Below are positions 1 through 13,092 of a stretch of 64,000 nt of DNA, piece after piece. The notes below the pieces were generated by a model. It made no database searches. It was given only the letters and a program-made list of their open reading frames with translations, and had not been told where the DNA came from. Each line of letters begins with the position of its first letter. Position 1 is the stretch's first letter. The DNA comes from Takakia lepidozioides (taxonomy: Eukaryota; Plantae; Bryophyta): the NCBI GenBank assembly GCA_030704615.1, contig CM060732.1:14446001-14510000 (forward strand), in the 5' to 3' direction. Position numbers and translations under genes: made by a program.

Positions 1-540
1 AATCATTTGATAGCGGAATGATTGGTTCACCTTTTCAACCATTTTTTATTCACGTCATACTTGTCCAGTACTTGTAGGAGGGCATGTGGCTGACACTTGC
101 AAAGCTTCAAAGCAATGTAAAATCATTTGATAGGGGAACAATTGGTTCACCCTTTCAACCATATTTTACTAACCTTATACTTGTCCGGTACCTTTAAAAT
201 GGCATGTGAAAGACACTTGCAAAGCTTTAAAGCACTCCAAAATCATTTGATATGTTCATGATTGATTCACCATTTTAACCATTTTAGATTGATTTGAAAC
301 TTGTGAAAGACCTGTAAGAGGGCATGTACAAGACACTTGCAAAGTTTCAAATCAATTTAAAATCATTTGGTAGGGGGACGATTGGTTCACCCTTTAAACC
401 ATTTTAGATTGATGTCATACTTCTCAAAGACGTGTAAGAGGGCATGTAGAAGACACTTGCAAAGTTTCGGAGCAATAAAATATCATTTCATCGGGGAAGT
501 TTCCGTTCACCCTTTCATCCAATTTTGAATTGAACTGGAT
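1..540. repeat. 120-bp tandem satellite (about 4.5 units, continues off the left edge)
   Basis: AATCATTTG...TTGGTTCACC...GGCATGT..GACACTTGCAAAG recurs at 1, 121, 241, 361 and 481 (period 120). Confidence 0.92.
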
Positions 541-1091
541 TTTTACTAAATAAAATGATTTAGAGGGCATAGGATTGTGGGGCGCAATGAGTGTGGGGTG
601 CAATGATTTTGTTTTTGGCTTGATTTTGTTATGTGAGTTGAACCCTCATACCACCACATCCTTGCCAAAAAATGTACCAAAGAAAAATGTTTGGAAAAAA
701 ACGTTCATCCTTTGCTCTATGCTCACTATTGCAGAACTCTCTATGAAGAGTGCATGAAGTTGAAGATAACTTCACCTTGGAGTGCAAATGAGGGAATAAA
801 ATGTGTTTTGGATGCAGACGATGTCTGTTCATGGTGATATTTTGCATGCAACTCTTCATGTTGTTATCAAGCATATGGCTTCAGAATGGAATTAAAAACA
901 ATTCATGTGCAGGCGAAAGGTTGTTTCTCCTTATGAATTTGAATAACCAATTCAAACAACTTTGTTGAAGTTCAACTTTGGTCCATATGTGCTTAAGTAC
1001 GTACAAATCACGTACACAAAGTTGCAAGCGAAGAAATAATCATTTGCCCCCCGAACGACTCGTTAAATCTTTCAACCAATTTTCAATCACG

Positions 1092-1250
1092 AATCATTTA
1101 ATAGGGGAACTATTGGTTCACCCTTAGAACCATTTTAGATTGACCTCATACTTGTCCGGTAACTTAAAGAGGGCATGTACAACACACTCCCAAAGTTTCA
1201 AATCAATCTAAAATCATTTGGCAGGGGAACGATTTGTTCACCCATTGACC
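1092..1250. repeat. Further 1.3 units of the same 120-bp satellite
   Basis: AATCATTT at 1092 and 1212 with the same internal motifs; separated from the main block by about 550 bp of unrelated sequence. Confidence 0.85.
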
Positions 1251-1413
1251 CGGTGTACACTGTCACTCTTCAAGATTCGCGGGTGTGGTGCTTGATTATC
1301 CCATATGATGGACCCAGGTGCCATGGCCAAGTAACAAACCATTAAAACATTATGGTACGAGACAAACACAATTGAAAACAACATTTATTCAAACATGATG
1401 TACAGTCAGAGGT

Positions 1414-2576
1414 CTACAAGTTTTTATCCATCCTCCAGCAATTTTTGGGCTCAGGCCAATTGAATAGCCCCGTCATGAAACGCTTCACAACATTTTCTAG
1501 TTTGTACCGCAACTCTACTGTGTCTCTACACAAGTTTTCCAGAGCGGAAGCAAAAAAGGTTTCAGTAGACATATCGTTGAACAGACTTGCATCGAACGTG
1601 TTACCCCCATTTATTGCCTGGGCTATCTTCCCAATTGCAAAGGTCTCTGATGGCACGGTTAGAGGGGGCCTACGAGGTGTGCTATCTGACTGGTTGTTGG
1701 CTACATTATGAACAATTGCAATTTCAGGTGCAATCCACCATCTATGTGCAATAGTCTTTATCATCTTGTCTCTGCTCTCGAAAATGTACAACGTGGTTTT
1801 TGGGTCATCCGTCGTGGAGGCCATCCCCCAATCGCATACCTCGATGTACACATCTTCAGACTCTTGTGGAAAATGCAACAAGATGTTGTCGGAGGACATG
1901 TCGTTGTGCAAGAGGTGGTGATTATGGACGCCCATGCCAATTGGGTGCGATTCTGTCGGAATTGAACCAGTCGGATGACCTCCTGCATTTCCTGCTCCGT
2001 CTCCCGTCATTCCATTAACTCCCTGTTATCCCGATCATTCCCCCATTTCCTGTCAATACTCAACCATGATCGTATGGTCCCCCCATTCCACCAATGTGTG
2101 TAACCTTCATTTCGACGTGGATGCAACGCAAAATACTTTATGATGCCGAAATGATGGAACTTTACAGCCAACGCCTCATTGTTATGTTGGACTTTTGGCA
2201 AGCTCAACATTTGTTTCCCTGGGCGTTTTCCCTGCTAGCTCCCAAGATGGAGCCATTTCGTGAACTGGAACTTCGCCCTGTCCTCCTCCCATTCATCCCC
2301 AGCCAAAGCCTCCCTCATTCTCATCTCCATATTGTGCTGGAATCTAAGGAACCCCTCATTCCCATGTCGGACATACAAAAGATTCAAACGCATTATGTCA
2401 TTGTTCTTCAAATAATCCAGCACTACTTGCTTCACCACCTTCGTGGCCTCTGCGCTTGGATAGTCTTTTTTGTTGATCTGACTATCCCGTTCATGTGCAT
2501 GTTTACGCTTCCTACCTTTATGCCCACTTCCCGAGGAACCCCCTGACACTGCGTTCGAAGCAACATTTCCGGACAT
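1414..2576 (-). pseudogene. Intronless protein kinase-like pseudogene, probably transposon cargo
   Basis: ORF pieces 2235-2576, 2007-2210 and 1414-2010 join across stops and a frameshift. Kinase motifs: GIIKYFALH, WNGGTIRSWL, catalytic loop LLHNDMSSDNILL, DWG (DFG equivalent), WWIAPE, SETFAIG. Basic N-terminus KGRKRKH. TATA-like GTATATAAGG on the minus strand near 2866-2875. Confidence 0.8.
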
Positions 2577-2893
2577 GATGAAAGTACTATGTGGAATAGA
2601 CGCGGCTTCGTAACGAAAAACTAAACCCAGACTATTGATAACCTTATATACTAGCAGACCAATTTTCTCACCCTCTATTGGTATAGTACCCAAAGCAAAC
2701 TCTCCCGCAATCCCAGGGAAAAAAGTCAAAAACTCCTCCCCCACACAAATCCACTTTCTTCCCCCCCTTACGCTTAGTCCTGGCCACCAAAGTTCAAACT
2801 CCAAGAAGCCCCAGAACCGCACTCACAGATAGGGAAAAAAAATGGGTTGGGAATGAGGGGTAGGCCCTTATATACTGCCTGGAGAGGCTTGAC

Positions 2894-3420
2894 GTGCGAC
2901 CGCCTCTGCTACCCATTCACGCCTCGCCACGTGTCCAGGGAGCGGTCGCACCTAATAACAAAAAAGAAAAAGTCTGCGACCACCACCGGCTGGTGGTCGC
3001 ACCCATTTAAAAAATAATTAAAAAAGTGCGACCATCCCCTGCTGGTGGTCGCACCCATTTAAAAAATAATTAAAAATGTGCGACCATCCTCTACTGGTGG
3101 TCGCACATATTTAAAAAAAATGAAAAAGTTGCGACCACCACTTGCTGGTGGTCGCATCTATTTTTTAAAAAAAAAAAAAATTGCGATCAACACCTGCTGG
3201 TGGTCGCACCCAATTTAAAAAAAAGAAAAAATGTGCGACCACCCTCTACTTGTGGTCGCACCTATTAAAAAAAATAAAAATGCTGTGACCACCACTTGCT
3301 GGTGGTCGCACCCATTTAAAAAATAAGAAAAAATGTGCGACCACCCCCTTCTGGTGGTCGCACCTATTTTTTAAAAATAAAAATTTGTCCAACCAACCTT
3401 TGCTGATGGTCACATGTTTG
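2894..3420. repeat. Array of about 9-10 hairpin palindromes TGCGACCACC-N(4-5)-GGTGGTCGCA with A-tract spacers, period about 51-53 bp
   Basis: Copies near 2975, 3026, 3077, 3130, 3182, 3234, 3284 and 3335, with degenerate copies at both ends. Resembles DNA-transposon subterminal repeats. Confidence 0.85.
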
Positions 3421-3479
3421 ACAATATAAATCATAATATATGAATTTTACAGATAATTAATGAAGTCCACGTAATGAGG

Positions 3480-3664
3480 CCACATCGGTTGCCACGTCGG
3501 TTCTCATAGTAAATAGTCAATAGTAAAGTAAAAAAGTAAACATATTTATGTACAGTAATGTCGGTTTAGGACGGGACGTGACGTGACGTGACGCACGTCC
3601 GTTGCTGACATCGGACATGACGCTGACGTGTCAACGCCACGTCACGTCCAAATTTGCAACTAGG
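3480..3664. mobile_element. Probable transposon terminus (ACGTG-rich inverted repeat ending ...TTTGCAACTAG)
   Basis: GGACGTGACGTG...CACGTCACGTCC inverted repeat followed by AAATTTGCAACTAG. Could be a degenerate CACTA end (..CTAGTG) or a Helitron CTAG end; partner end not found. Confidence 0.4.
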
Positions 3665-4163
3665 ATATCCACAAGGGATTTATGATCTGTTTGATACAGA
3701 TCTTCAACGCTCACATCAATGGGAAGATTTTTCAATCTCCTCCACTCATCAAAACGATGGCGGCCCACTTATTAATGTCATTGGAGTGTCGTAGGCCTCC
3801 CTGAGCAACGATCTCTACTTCCCGTTCATCAACTTCACGAAACCCTCTTGCCAACCTCTCCAAATCTACAACACCAGGGTTATCGCCATCCTTGTCACAT
3901 TGGACTGAAATTTCAGCTTCAAGATTCTCAATGTTTAATGCAAATGATGGTATATCTAGGCTTAACGCCATTGCTGGAGGAAAACATGCCCGAGTACGTA
4001 AAATGAGAGCTCTTGACAAGCTTCTACTGCAACGCGCTGAGAATGCAAGATATCTATAAGTTCTGAATACGGAAATTCAAGTGATCTGGTAAGCTATGGC
4101 GGGGGTGGGAAACAATAGCTAGTGTTTGCGGTCAGAATCGAACTACCTATTGACTATTATGCA

Positions 4164-4295
4164 ATGGAATGGGCGGGCATATGACATTCTGCCCGGCTGG
4201 CTGCCCACCTCGAAAAGTGTCTCGCCCTACCGGGCTCGCCGATTTTCTCGGCAGGTGTCTTACCGGGCAGAATGTCATCTGCCAGCCCATTCCAT
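4164..4295. mobile_element. MITE-like short element with about 33-bp terminal inverted repeats
   Basis: ATGGAATGGGCGGGCATATGACATTCTGCCCGG at the left and CCGGGCAGAATGTCATCTGCCAGCCCATTCCAT at the right are near-perfect reverse complements. Confidence 0.75.
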
Positions 4296-5599
4296 AGTAC
4301 ATTAAAAAGTGTTATTTACAATACTACCCTTATTTATCAATAAGGGTTCCAACTTTTGGCAGGAGTAATTTCTGAAGGTCGAGAGGAGAGTGTGCATCGG
4401 AGGAGCAAATGGCGGGGCAGGAATTGGTGTAGTTGCGACAATTCAATGGCTGGAAATGTGGATATGTGTCGGGTACACAATGGGCTTCTAGAACATCATA
4501 ACCATGTCGGATTTGGAGATAGATATTCTAACATGGAAGGACGGTTGGGCTTTGTTACTCCTGGGACACGTAGCGACAGCACCAGACTGGGGATCACTGA
4601 TGCCGACACGTGGGGAGATCTGGGCGGACACAAGGGGGAGCAGGCATGGGGAGATGTGAAGGGGGAGCGAACCCCTAGGCAGTGTTAGAACATGGGGATC
4701 AAAGTAGGGGGACCAGACACGTGGGGGGATGTTAGTAGAGGGGAGCAGACATGTGCTGAGAGTACTAGATGTGACATGCATGGCAATTCTGTGGTCAAGG
4801 AGATGACATGTGGGCAGCGAAGACAGGGGGAGCGGCGGGGGGGACCAGACAGTGGGGGAGCAGAAACTCGGGAGGGATTGGATGTTGGGGGATTTTGCAA
4901 GTGAGGGATTGAGGGAGGGAGGCAACTCATGAGAGGAAGGGGACCAAAACTGCAGGGGCAGGGAACATGAGAAAGAGACCGTTGTGTAAGATGAGTAAAA
5001 CACTATGCTAGGTCAAAAAATAAATCCCTATAAGTGCATGCATTATGAGCTGGCCGGTATACAACCATCTTGGACTCTGCAACTTGCATCAATCCTATTC
5101 AGCTACCCGATATGCAACCATGTTCGATTCTGCAACACACAGATGTTTATATGTCAATCTAGCAAGGTATGTAGTATGAAAAAACAAACATGAAGTTGAG
5201 GCTGAAGTTTAATATGGGAAAGCTACTATAGTTACAGATCCTCATCCCCCTGCACAAGGGATTAGGTGCAGCCTACGCCAATCCTTTACTTCAGCTTTCA
5301 AAACAACAAACAACAAACAAGAAAGAGGAAAACAAGAAAGAACAACGAAAGAAGAAGAACAACAACAAGAAGAGAAGAAGAAAACCCCATGTAAGCATTG
5401 TATGCAAGACGTTCGTCACAAGAGAATCACAAACGCCATAGAGCGCACACGATTCAGGCATTGGCAGGTCATCCCAAACCCGTCGAAGCAGGAGCATGAA
5501 CAAGCACGACAGCTGGAAACCCTCAACCACGGAGATAGAGAACCCTACCTCCAGAACGAAGTGAACAGCACATGCAGGTCCACATGGTGCGATACCCAT

Positions 5600-7075
5600 C
5601 GTTGAAAATGGAAGGGATCGGTCGAAGGGGGATCAAAGCAGGAGATTGGCGGCAAGACCAGGGAGGGGGATGGACGACGAGGGGACAGCTACGTGGCCCA
5701 CGGGTCAACAAGGGCACCGTGGAGCAGCACGTGGCGGAAAATGTGGGGAGGGGGATCAATCCTCGAATTGGACGATGGGATGAACCGAGGCGGGGGGAGC
5801 GACATCGCGGGGATCGCGCCGTCCATGGTTGAAGGGGATCGACGGTGGTGGAGACCGCCACTTGGCGTGGCAGTGTCATCGAGTCTTCATCTGCACGTCA
5901 TCCATCCCCTGCGTGGAAGGATGGCGGGGGGATGACGGATGGATGACGTACATCATCCATCCCTTGCGCGGAAGGATGGCGGGGAATGACGGACGGATGA
6001 CGTACATCATCCAATTTATTAAGGTTGGATGGATGGCAGGGGATCGACGGCTCGGGGGATCACCACGTGGTGGCAGTTTAGGGTTTAGGGGATCATTCCC
6101 GCACTACACGGGGAATCAACCGAGGGGTGGGAGGGCGCGGCGACGGCGGGGGGATCGGGCCTCTGATCGTTGGAGGGATCGACGGCGGGGGCGATTGCGA
6201 CGTGGCATGTCATTGTGAACGGCAATGGTTTCAGGTAAGATTGATGGGCAGGGGATCAACGCTTCGGGGAGCACCATGTGGCGCGCAATTGGGAGTGGGG
6301 GATCAACCTAGTTGCGTGGGAACGGCTCCGATGGGATGAGGTGATCGACGGCAGGGGGAGCGCCATGTGGCGTGTTAATATCATCGGCCCTTCATCCGGC
6401 CATCGCCCATCCCTGCGCGGGAGGATGGCGGGGGGATGACACACAACATCCATTGTTTTTGAGGTTGGATGGATGCGCAAGGGATCGACGGTTCGGGGGA
6501 GCAGCACGTGGCGGGCGATTAGGGTTGGGGATCACTCCCGGTCTGGAGGGGGGATCAACCCAGGTCGGGGGGAGCGGCGATGTCTCGGGGGGTCGCGTCG
6601 TGGATGGGACGAGGGGATCGACAGCGGGGGGAGCGCCATGTGGCGATGGACGCGTCATCGGCCCTTCATCCGATGAGGGGTGGATAACACAAAACATCCA
6701 TTGTTTTTTAGGTTGGATAGATGCGCAGGGGGTCGACGGTTCGGGGGAGCAGCACGTGGCGGGCGATAGGGTTGGGGGATCACTCCCGGTCTAGAAGGGG
6801 GATTAACCCAGGTCGGGGGGAGCGGCGACGTCTCGGGGGATCGCGCCGTGGATGGGACAAGGGGATCGACGGTGGGGGAGCGCCACGTGGCGGTGGACGC
6901 GTCATCGGCCCTTCATCCGGCCGTCATCCATCCCTTGCGCGGGAGGACGGGGGCGCGCCACGTGGCTGGAGATCGGGCGGTGGTGTGGGCCGCCACGTGG
7001 CCAGCGGTTGGGCGGGGCTCACGGGTCCGGGGGGGGGGCGTGCGGATGTGTCAGCTCACACGCTTGCCATAAAAT
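5600..7075. repeat. G-rich degenerate repeat region with an approximately 248-bp tandem duplication; likely TE subterminal DNA
   Basis: About 6440-6680 is repeated at about 6688-6925; recurring GGGATCGACGG, CACGTGG and CATCCATCCC motifs. The overlapping ORFs are low-complexity artefacts. Confidence 0.65.
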
Positions 7076-8389
7076 CAAGCCACATCCATATTGGGACCCC
7101 CCAAAGACATGGTGCAGTGGGCATGTCGTCACTCGTGGGTTGTGGATCACTACCTTGTCTGTCGGCCATGAAAGCCCCTTGGACTTTCCTTAAAGACAAA
7201 CTTCGAATTTCCCAAAGTTCTATATACTCGTGTAGCGAGACACATGTGAGTAGAGAGATGGGTAGAGATACTTATTTTCATAGTGATAAATAGACCATCC
7301 GTGAAAGGGGGATTCATATTTCCTGAGCGGATTCTGGGGATGGAGTGTGACCAGCAACTCCTTGGCTGGTTGACACAGTAGATTGTCTGGAATCGCCAAG
7401 TGGACAATCGTGCTCACTCTGTGTAGATATTCACTAGATTTGATAGAGATTTCATTATTGACTGTTGGGGATTGTCAAATTGGATTCTCCAACTGCAAGT
7501 TGCCGAGTAGCAAAATATACGTCAAAAGTCACAGTGGAGCATACATTTTATGCCGCTCGACGCTTCCCTGTGCAGTTGGTGTGATATTCCATAGTAGGCA
7601 AGGTCTATCTAGCTACAGAGATTTGTTTGTGGAACTGTTCATACTGGGCGGGTCCTCCTTGGAATGTGGGGAGTAGGTAGTCAACCACTGTCCCACGTTG
7701 CAAAGGATCCACTCCTTGCAGGTCAAAGCCGGACCATGGATGTCCCGGTGCCCCTCTCTCTTGATTCCTTTCATATTCGAGCACTCGCAATAAAGTTTCA
7801 TTTCTTCTGTAGGCGAGTGTCTGAACTCCTCGAGTTTAAGCCAAGATCAGCTGCGGCTCCTCTAGTGTTTATCCTGGAGACTATGTTTTCCTCTGCCATA
7901 TGTTTCCCCCCAATACTTATGCATTGTCGCGTACAACTTTCTTAGCCTTTCCAGGATGAGCTAATCCATCCAATCCCCTAGCTAGCAGCATCTCCAGACT
8001 CTCCTTATCCAGATGATTAAATTCTGAAACTCTCTCCCGAGTTCTCTCCATGGGTTTTATATGTACGTGCATCTAGTGACGGGCGTCCAGCAGCAAGTGT
8101 TCATGCTTGAATCTCGAGCTGATAATAGATCCTCGACCTCTAACTGGGCTCTAACACTAGACTAGCATAAATAGACCTACAGGTCAATTGCTTTGCAACA
8201 GGAGTGGGAGGACAGAACTATGTACAGAGGATGGAACAGGATTAACTTGGAGATTGACTACAATAGGCCTGCAGCTTCTGTATTCTTAAACTATCAGCAA
8301 ATTTTGAGCTCTCTTCATACGTTGTCGACGTATATAACGTACATATTCCGTGACAGGACGAGTTCGGCATTTTAAGCCCAAGGCTAGAA

Positions 8390-9904
8390 ATGGTGGAGAG
8401 TCCTTGCCCCACCAGTAGAGTGGAGAGGAAGGGGGGCTATCGGAAAATAGGGTCGCTGGCTTCTGTGTTCGATGATGGTCCAAAGCAGAGGAATATATCA
8501 TGGGGGACTGCTTGGAACCTGATGTTGCTAGCTGGTGTGGTGGGCACCAATATTCTGGCGCTCTACAGTCTGTCTGCTTCAAGGGAGCTTGATCGGGGCT
8601 TCCATGGCTCTAGTTACGTCAAATCATCCAAGCTCGCTGTGGGGGCTGAGTTGGTCCCCGCTGCCTTTCTTGAGGAATTTGTTAACCTAAAAGACGAACT
8701 GAAACTCACCCAGAACCATCTCCAGGATGCCAGTAATCAGCTAGAAAAATCCCACAGAGAGTTGATGAGATCTCAGAAAGAGTCTGAGAGACTGAGGAGA
8801 CAGTTGCAAGAATTCTCAGATGATCCAGGACGTAGTGCAGCTGAGATCAGTGCTGGGGGTGTTAAGGGGAAGGTGTTACATGATATTGATCGTCTCATGA
8901 GCTCAGAGCTGTTAGAGTACACTGCTGTTCGTCAGCTTCCATTGGGGATGAACCCTGTCCTTGGATTGGACACAATTGTTTCGTCCATTGGTCACATGTG
9001 CAAAAACAGCCCCGACCTGCTGATGGAGTACATGGATTACAAAGTTGGAGAGCTGTGCCCTGATGACTGGGAACTGGCTCAGAGGCTAATGGTTCGTGGA
9101 TGTGAGCCTCTCCCTCGTCGCCGCTGCTTCGCAAGAGGTCCTCCAAACTTCTCGAAGCCCTTGCCTTTTCCCCAGTGTATGTGGGATGGACCCCCGGACA
9201 ACACGGTCCGCTGGACACACTACAGCTGCAACAGCTTTGGGTGTCTCAACAGGCGGAATAAAGAGAGCAAGGTTTTTGTGGATTGTGCTGACTGCTTTGA
9301 CCTTGATGGCCCTGAAAGAGCGCGTTGGGTAATACCCAGAGACCGGCATGATTTCATGAGAATTGACCAAATTCTGGCATTGAAGGGGGGAACAGTTCGC
9401 ATCGGTCTCGATATTGGGGGTGGATCAGGATCGTTTGCAGCCCGAATGCGAGAACACAATGTCACAATACTTACTTCCACTCTGAATCTGAACGGGCCCT
9501 TCAATGAGTTCATTGCACTACGTGGGCTGCCTCCACTATTCCTCTCAATCTCTCAGAGGCTCCCCTTTTTTGATAATACACTTGACATAGTGCACTCAAT
9601 GCACGTTCTCAGCCATTGGATTCCAGTGGAGACACTCGACTTCCTTCTCTATGATATCGACCGTGTGCTACGCCCGGGTGGCATTCTGTGGCTTGACCAC
9701 TTCTTTTGCTCTGTAGAGAATCTTGCAACAGTCTTTACTCCCATGATTGAGAGACTTGGATTCAAAAAACTTCGGTGGGTTACGGGCCTCAAGTACGATA
9801 AAACTGACGAGGTATATCTGTCAGCTCTGCTTGAAAAACCTGTTAGAGAGTTAGTAACCACCGAGGCCAGGATTCATAGTCTAATCGCAAAAATATACTC
9901 GTAA
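8390..9904 (+). CDS. SAM-dependent methyltransferase, At1g29790-like (Methyltransf_29-related), type II membrane anchored
   Basis: 504-aa single ORF with N-terminal TM helix, coiled coil, CPDDWELAQRLMVRGCEPLPRRRC, SAM motif IGLDIGGGSGSFAARM, RLPFFDNTLDIVHSMHVLSHW and DIDRVLRPGGILWLDHF. Confidence 0.93.
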   Translation: MVESPCPTSRVERKGGYRKIGSLASVFDDGPKQRNISWGTAWNLMLLAGVVGTNILALYSLSASRELDRGFHGSSYVKSSKLAVGAELVPAAFLEEFVNLKDELKLTQNHLQDASNQLEKSHRELMRSQKESERLRRQLQEFSDDPGRSAAEISAGGVKGKVLHDIDRLMSSELLEYTAVRQLPLGMNPVLGLDTIVSSIGHMCKNSPDLLMEYMDYKVGELCPDDWELAQRLMVRGCEPLPRRRCFARGPPNFSKPLPFPQCMWDGPPDNTVRWTHYSCNSFGCLNRRNKESKVFVDCADCFDLDGPERARWVIPRDRHDFMRIDQILALKGGTVRIGLDIGGGSGSFAARMREHNVTILTSTLNLNGPFNEFIALRGLPPLFLSISQRLPFFDNTLDIVHSMHVLSHWIPVETLDFLLYDIDRVLRPGGILWLDHFFCSVENLATVFTPMIERLGFKKLRWVTGLKYDKTDEVYLSALLEKPVRELVTTEARIHSLIAKIYS

Positions 9905-11218
9905 AGAGTATTCACATGGAGATGCTGGAGGGTGGTGCCCAGCAATTGACATTTCAGAGACCTGTTGCAGGTTCTCGTCCAAGCTGGGTCACATAATTGT
10001 GTTACTTTGACGAGTGTCCTTGATCTCTTACTGGATTTTATAATCACATATACTGGCTGAAATTGTTCACTTGTCGAATTGAACCTTGAATTATCTTGTG
10101 CACAAGTTTCAGTGCATTCTCTGTAAGCTGTGTGCAGCAGATCTCAATTGTGTACCTCATATTAATTACGTACTCAGTGATGAAAATTGATACACGTTTC
10201 AGTTTATCTTAAAGTAGGTCAGATATCTAGATTAATCTTGGATGAGAAAACAACCGTACTCATAATTGATCAACTTAGCTTCCACAATGTGACTAGCTTG
10301 TAAAAATCCGGAGTGTCCGCTCCGCTCCTCTAGCAACACGACGTGATTTGCAGTACAAGAACGAGGAAGAAGTTGCACTCCCGAAGTCTACGGACACAAA
10401 CTACTCCCCAGGAGCATCCAATCACGTGGTATACGCACTTGACTTTACGTAAGGTGATCAGGCTCTCAGTAGCAGGCAAGTGAGGACCGTCCATGAACAG
10501 ATAGGAATCTGAGGTAAACCCAGGCGCCTGATCAATCGCCCAACTCTACATCCTCGGCTAGCTGATCACAGATAATAATAAGCCAGACGGCCACCAAACC
10601 AGCAAATACACCAGTTGTCAGTTTCTGGACAGTGTATCATGCACTGGTTATCAAATGAACTGGCCATGTGAGAAATAGATCCAGGGCTAATATATGACCC
10701 AGGTGATTCTCAACAGATCAGCTCTTTCCCGAGATCAAGTGCTCCCGACGGCTCGAGTTTCTGAGACGAAATTGCGTCCGAGTATTGAGGCCGATGCATC
10801 CAAGTAGGCCACTAAGTAGTACTCCGTATGCGTTGATCAAGTGCGTGCGCAGGGCACGTCGAGCTCTGCACGACGCTCACTTTACTGCAGCCTCATCACG
10901 CAGCTGCCATCGCTGGACGTTTCAGCTCGATGTTGGATGAGCCACGCCCACAGATATTCCGATCCATCCATGCAAACCCTCCTGCCACGTGTTGGATCTG
11001 GCACACTGCCAAGTGGTCCGGAGCATGTGGCACACTTGGGTTCTCTTCTGCTGGCTGCTCTTCCCCCTTGGCTTTGCTGCATGTGTGTTTTGGAGATCTG
11101 GGGTCTTCCTCACGGAAAGGAAAACTCTACCGAGAGGTCGAAGGGGGCTCGTGTGAGATCTGGGTCTTGGGAAGATAGTGGTCCGCGAGCGAGAGAGAGA
11201 GAGAGGGGTGAGGGCAAG

Positions 11219-13092
11219 ATGACAAGCAGTGATAAGCGGCCCTGCGGGCACATGCCATCCACGCCAGAGGATGTGCCAGGGCAACCCAAGACCATCACCT
11301 CAAAGATTTTGGATACCAGTGCAGGGATCCTTCAATCTCTCACACCTATAAAGCAAGTAAAGCAGGTTTGTGCCATACCCTCTCCCCATTCAACAATGAA
11401 TTGGTACAAGCAGTCCTGGTAGTCAACCAAAACTATTGGAGTAAACCTGATTAAAATGGAGATCCTTGTTAGAAGTCTGGTCATCAAGGACGACCTAGCC
11501 GGCTTGATCAAAGAAGCTCATGTTGGCTGTATAAAGCCCCGTAAGTTATTGGGGGGATGTATCCTCGTGACTCCTGTGTCAAGGACGGTTTATTTTGTTG
11601 ATTCAGGGTGAATCGAAGTGTGGTTGATATCGTGGGTGGCAGATGCCGGAGTGTGACAGTCGACAATAATTCCTGCTAGAGTGAAGGGGCCCATGTCTTA
11701 ACCTAGAATGGTTGGGGGAAAAAACTGGTGTGACGTAAGAAACAGATCTCACTAGGGACACTGTGTGTGTGGGAATGGGGCAGCATGTGTGCACTTTTGC
11801 GATCTATGCGCATGATATGAGCCGAAAAATTGAGACCCATCATTACATAGCTCGCCTCAATGAAGATTTTCTGCAATGTATTGTGTACGACTCCGACGAA
11901 GCCAATGCTCGCTTGATAGGTTAGTTTTCCATTTTCTGTGTAGTCTCTTCCTCATGTGCTTTGCCACTTTCCATCATGGGCGATTGTCAAATCAGTCTGA
12001 TGTTGAGGGAAGTTGTTATTGACGAATATGAGGGTGGGTTTGGTGCAGGAGTGGAGTATGTCATCTCCGAGCGATTATTTCTAAGTCTACCTGACGAAGA
12101 GAAGAAGTTGTGGCACTCGCATTGCTACGAGGTAGTCCCTGCCCTCATTATGTGGCCACATGGTAAGAATTCGTCGGTGGATATTGGAATTTTGTTAAAG
12201 ACTTCTCGAGGCTCTTGGTGCAACAACTTTCGGATCATCTGTCCATACAATATGTACAGGATTCATTTTAGATTGAAGGAAGTGGGCTGGTGCCCAGGTT
12301 GTGAATATGATAAGCACCGTCCCATGTGGAGAAATGAACGGGGAGTGTGCACGGGTGCTATGGAACAGATAAAGGCAGGATTATGGGTGACGCCAGGAGT
12401 GCCAGAGTTGATGCAAAAAGCTGATTTGAAGAGCATGGCCAAAACTTACGGGAAGTTTTGGTGCACCTGGCAATTTGACCGTGGTATAAGTACTCCTTTC
12501 CAGACTCTTCTTGATCTGGGCGGAGTTTTCTTAGGAATGCACTATATAGTCTGTCCAGATGTACTTGCGCTGGAAAGACTAACTACCAGAGAACTTCTAA
12601 ATTTTGGCTCCTGATAGAATACCTATTCTCAAGTGTACTGAATCAATTGCTGTACGTAGCAGATTGTCTATTTCCAAGCTCTTGGAACTAGAGGACTGTC
12701 CAAACAGGTATAATTCGTTGGAAGTTGATCTTGGTTTCATCATGGACAATTTGAATGTACTCTTTTCTAACAATCTCTGTGGGATGACGTATTGACAGGT
12801 GACAGGTTGCCACTTGGTCCACCAGCCCTTATGTGGTCACCACAGGAGGAGAGCTGTGGCCAAATCAATGAGGAATTGGTAAGACAACGTGATTCCAAGT
12901 ATGGCATATCAACACAAGCTATTGGAGCTAACCGCAAAGACATCGAGTGTGCGCCACTTTCCCCCCCCGACTGACTGCTGGAGGATTACAGGCAAGGGTT
13001 TTGTGTTGGAGCTAAAGGAGGTCGACATGGCCTTGACCGGTGAACACCCTTCTGCAATCCTCGATTCCACAAAGGCCAGTTCCACATTATGA
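11219..13092 (+). CDS. OBAP2: Oil body-associated protein 2-like (DUF1264), 5 exons
   Basis: GT-AG exons 11219-11365, 11784-11919, 12049-12131, 12369-12483 and 12799-13092 give HVCTFAIYAHDMSRKIETHHY, LQCIVYDSD, GVEYVISERLF, KLWHSHCYE, KTYGKFWCTWQFDRGDRLPLGPPALM. One frameshift at the C8 run (12961-12968) before DCWRITGKGF. Confidence 0.9.

Noticed and set aside
2894-3420. CRISPR array
   Set aside because: Spacers are near-identical A-tracts, not unique acquired sequences.
3732-4019. Possible transposase C-terminal fragment
   Set aside because: No diagnostic motif recognisable in 95 aa.
4356-7293. Numerous Gly/Arg/Pro-rich ORFs
   Set aside because: They come from GC-rich repeats and have no domain motifs.
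7080-8060. Decayed minus-strand coding remnant
   Set aside because: Fragments look protein-like but are broken by many stops and cannot be assigned.
8390-9904. Functional link between the host SAM methyltransferase and the TE-borne DNA MTase
   Set aside because: Different family (membrane-anchored, secretory-pathway type); proximity appears coincidental.
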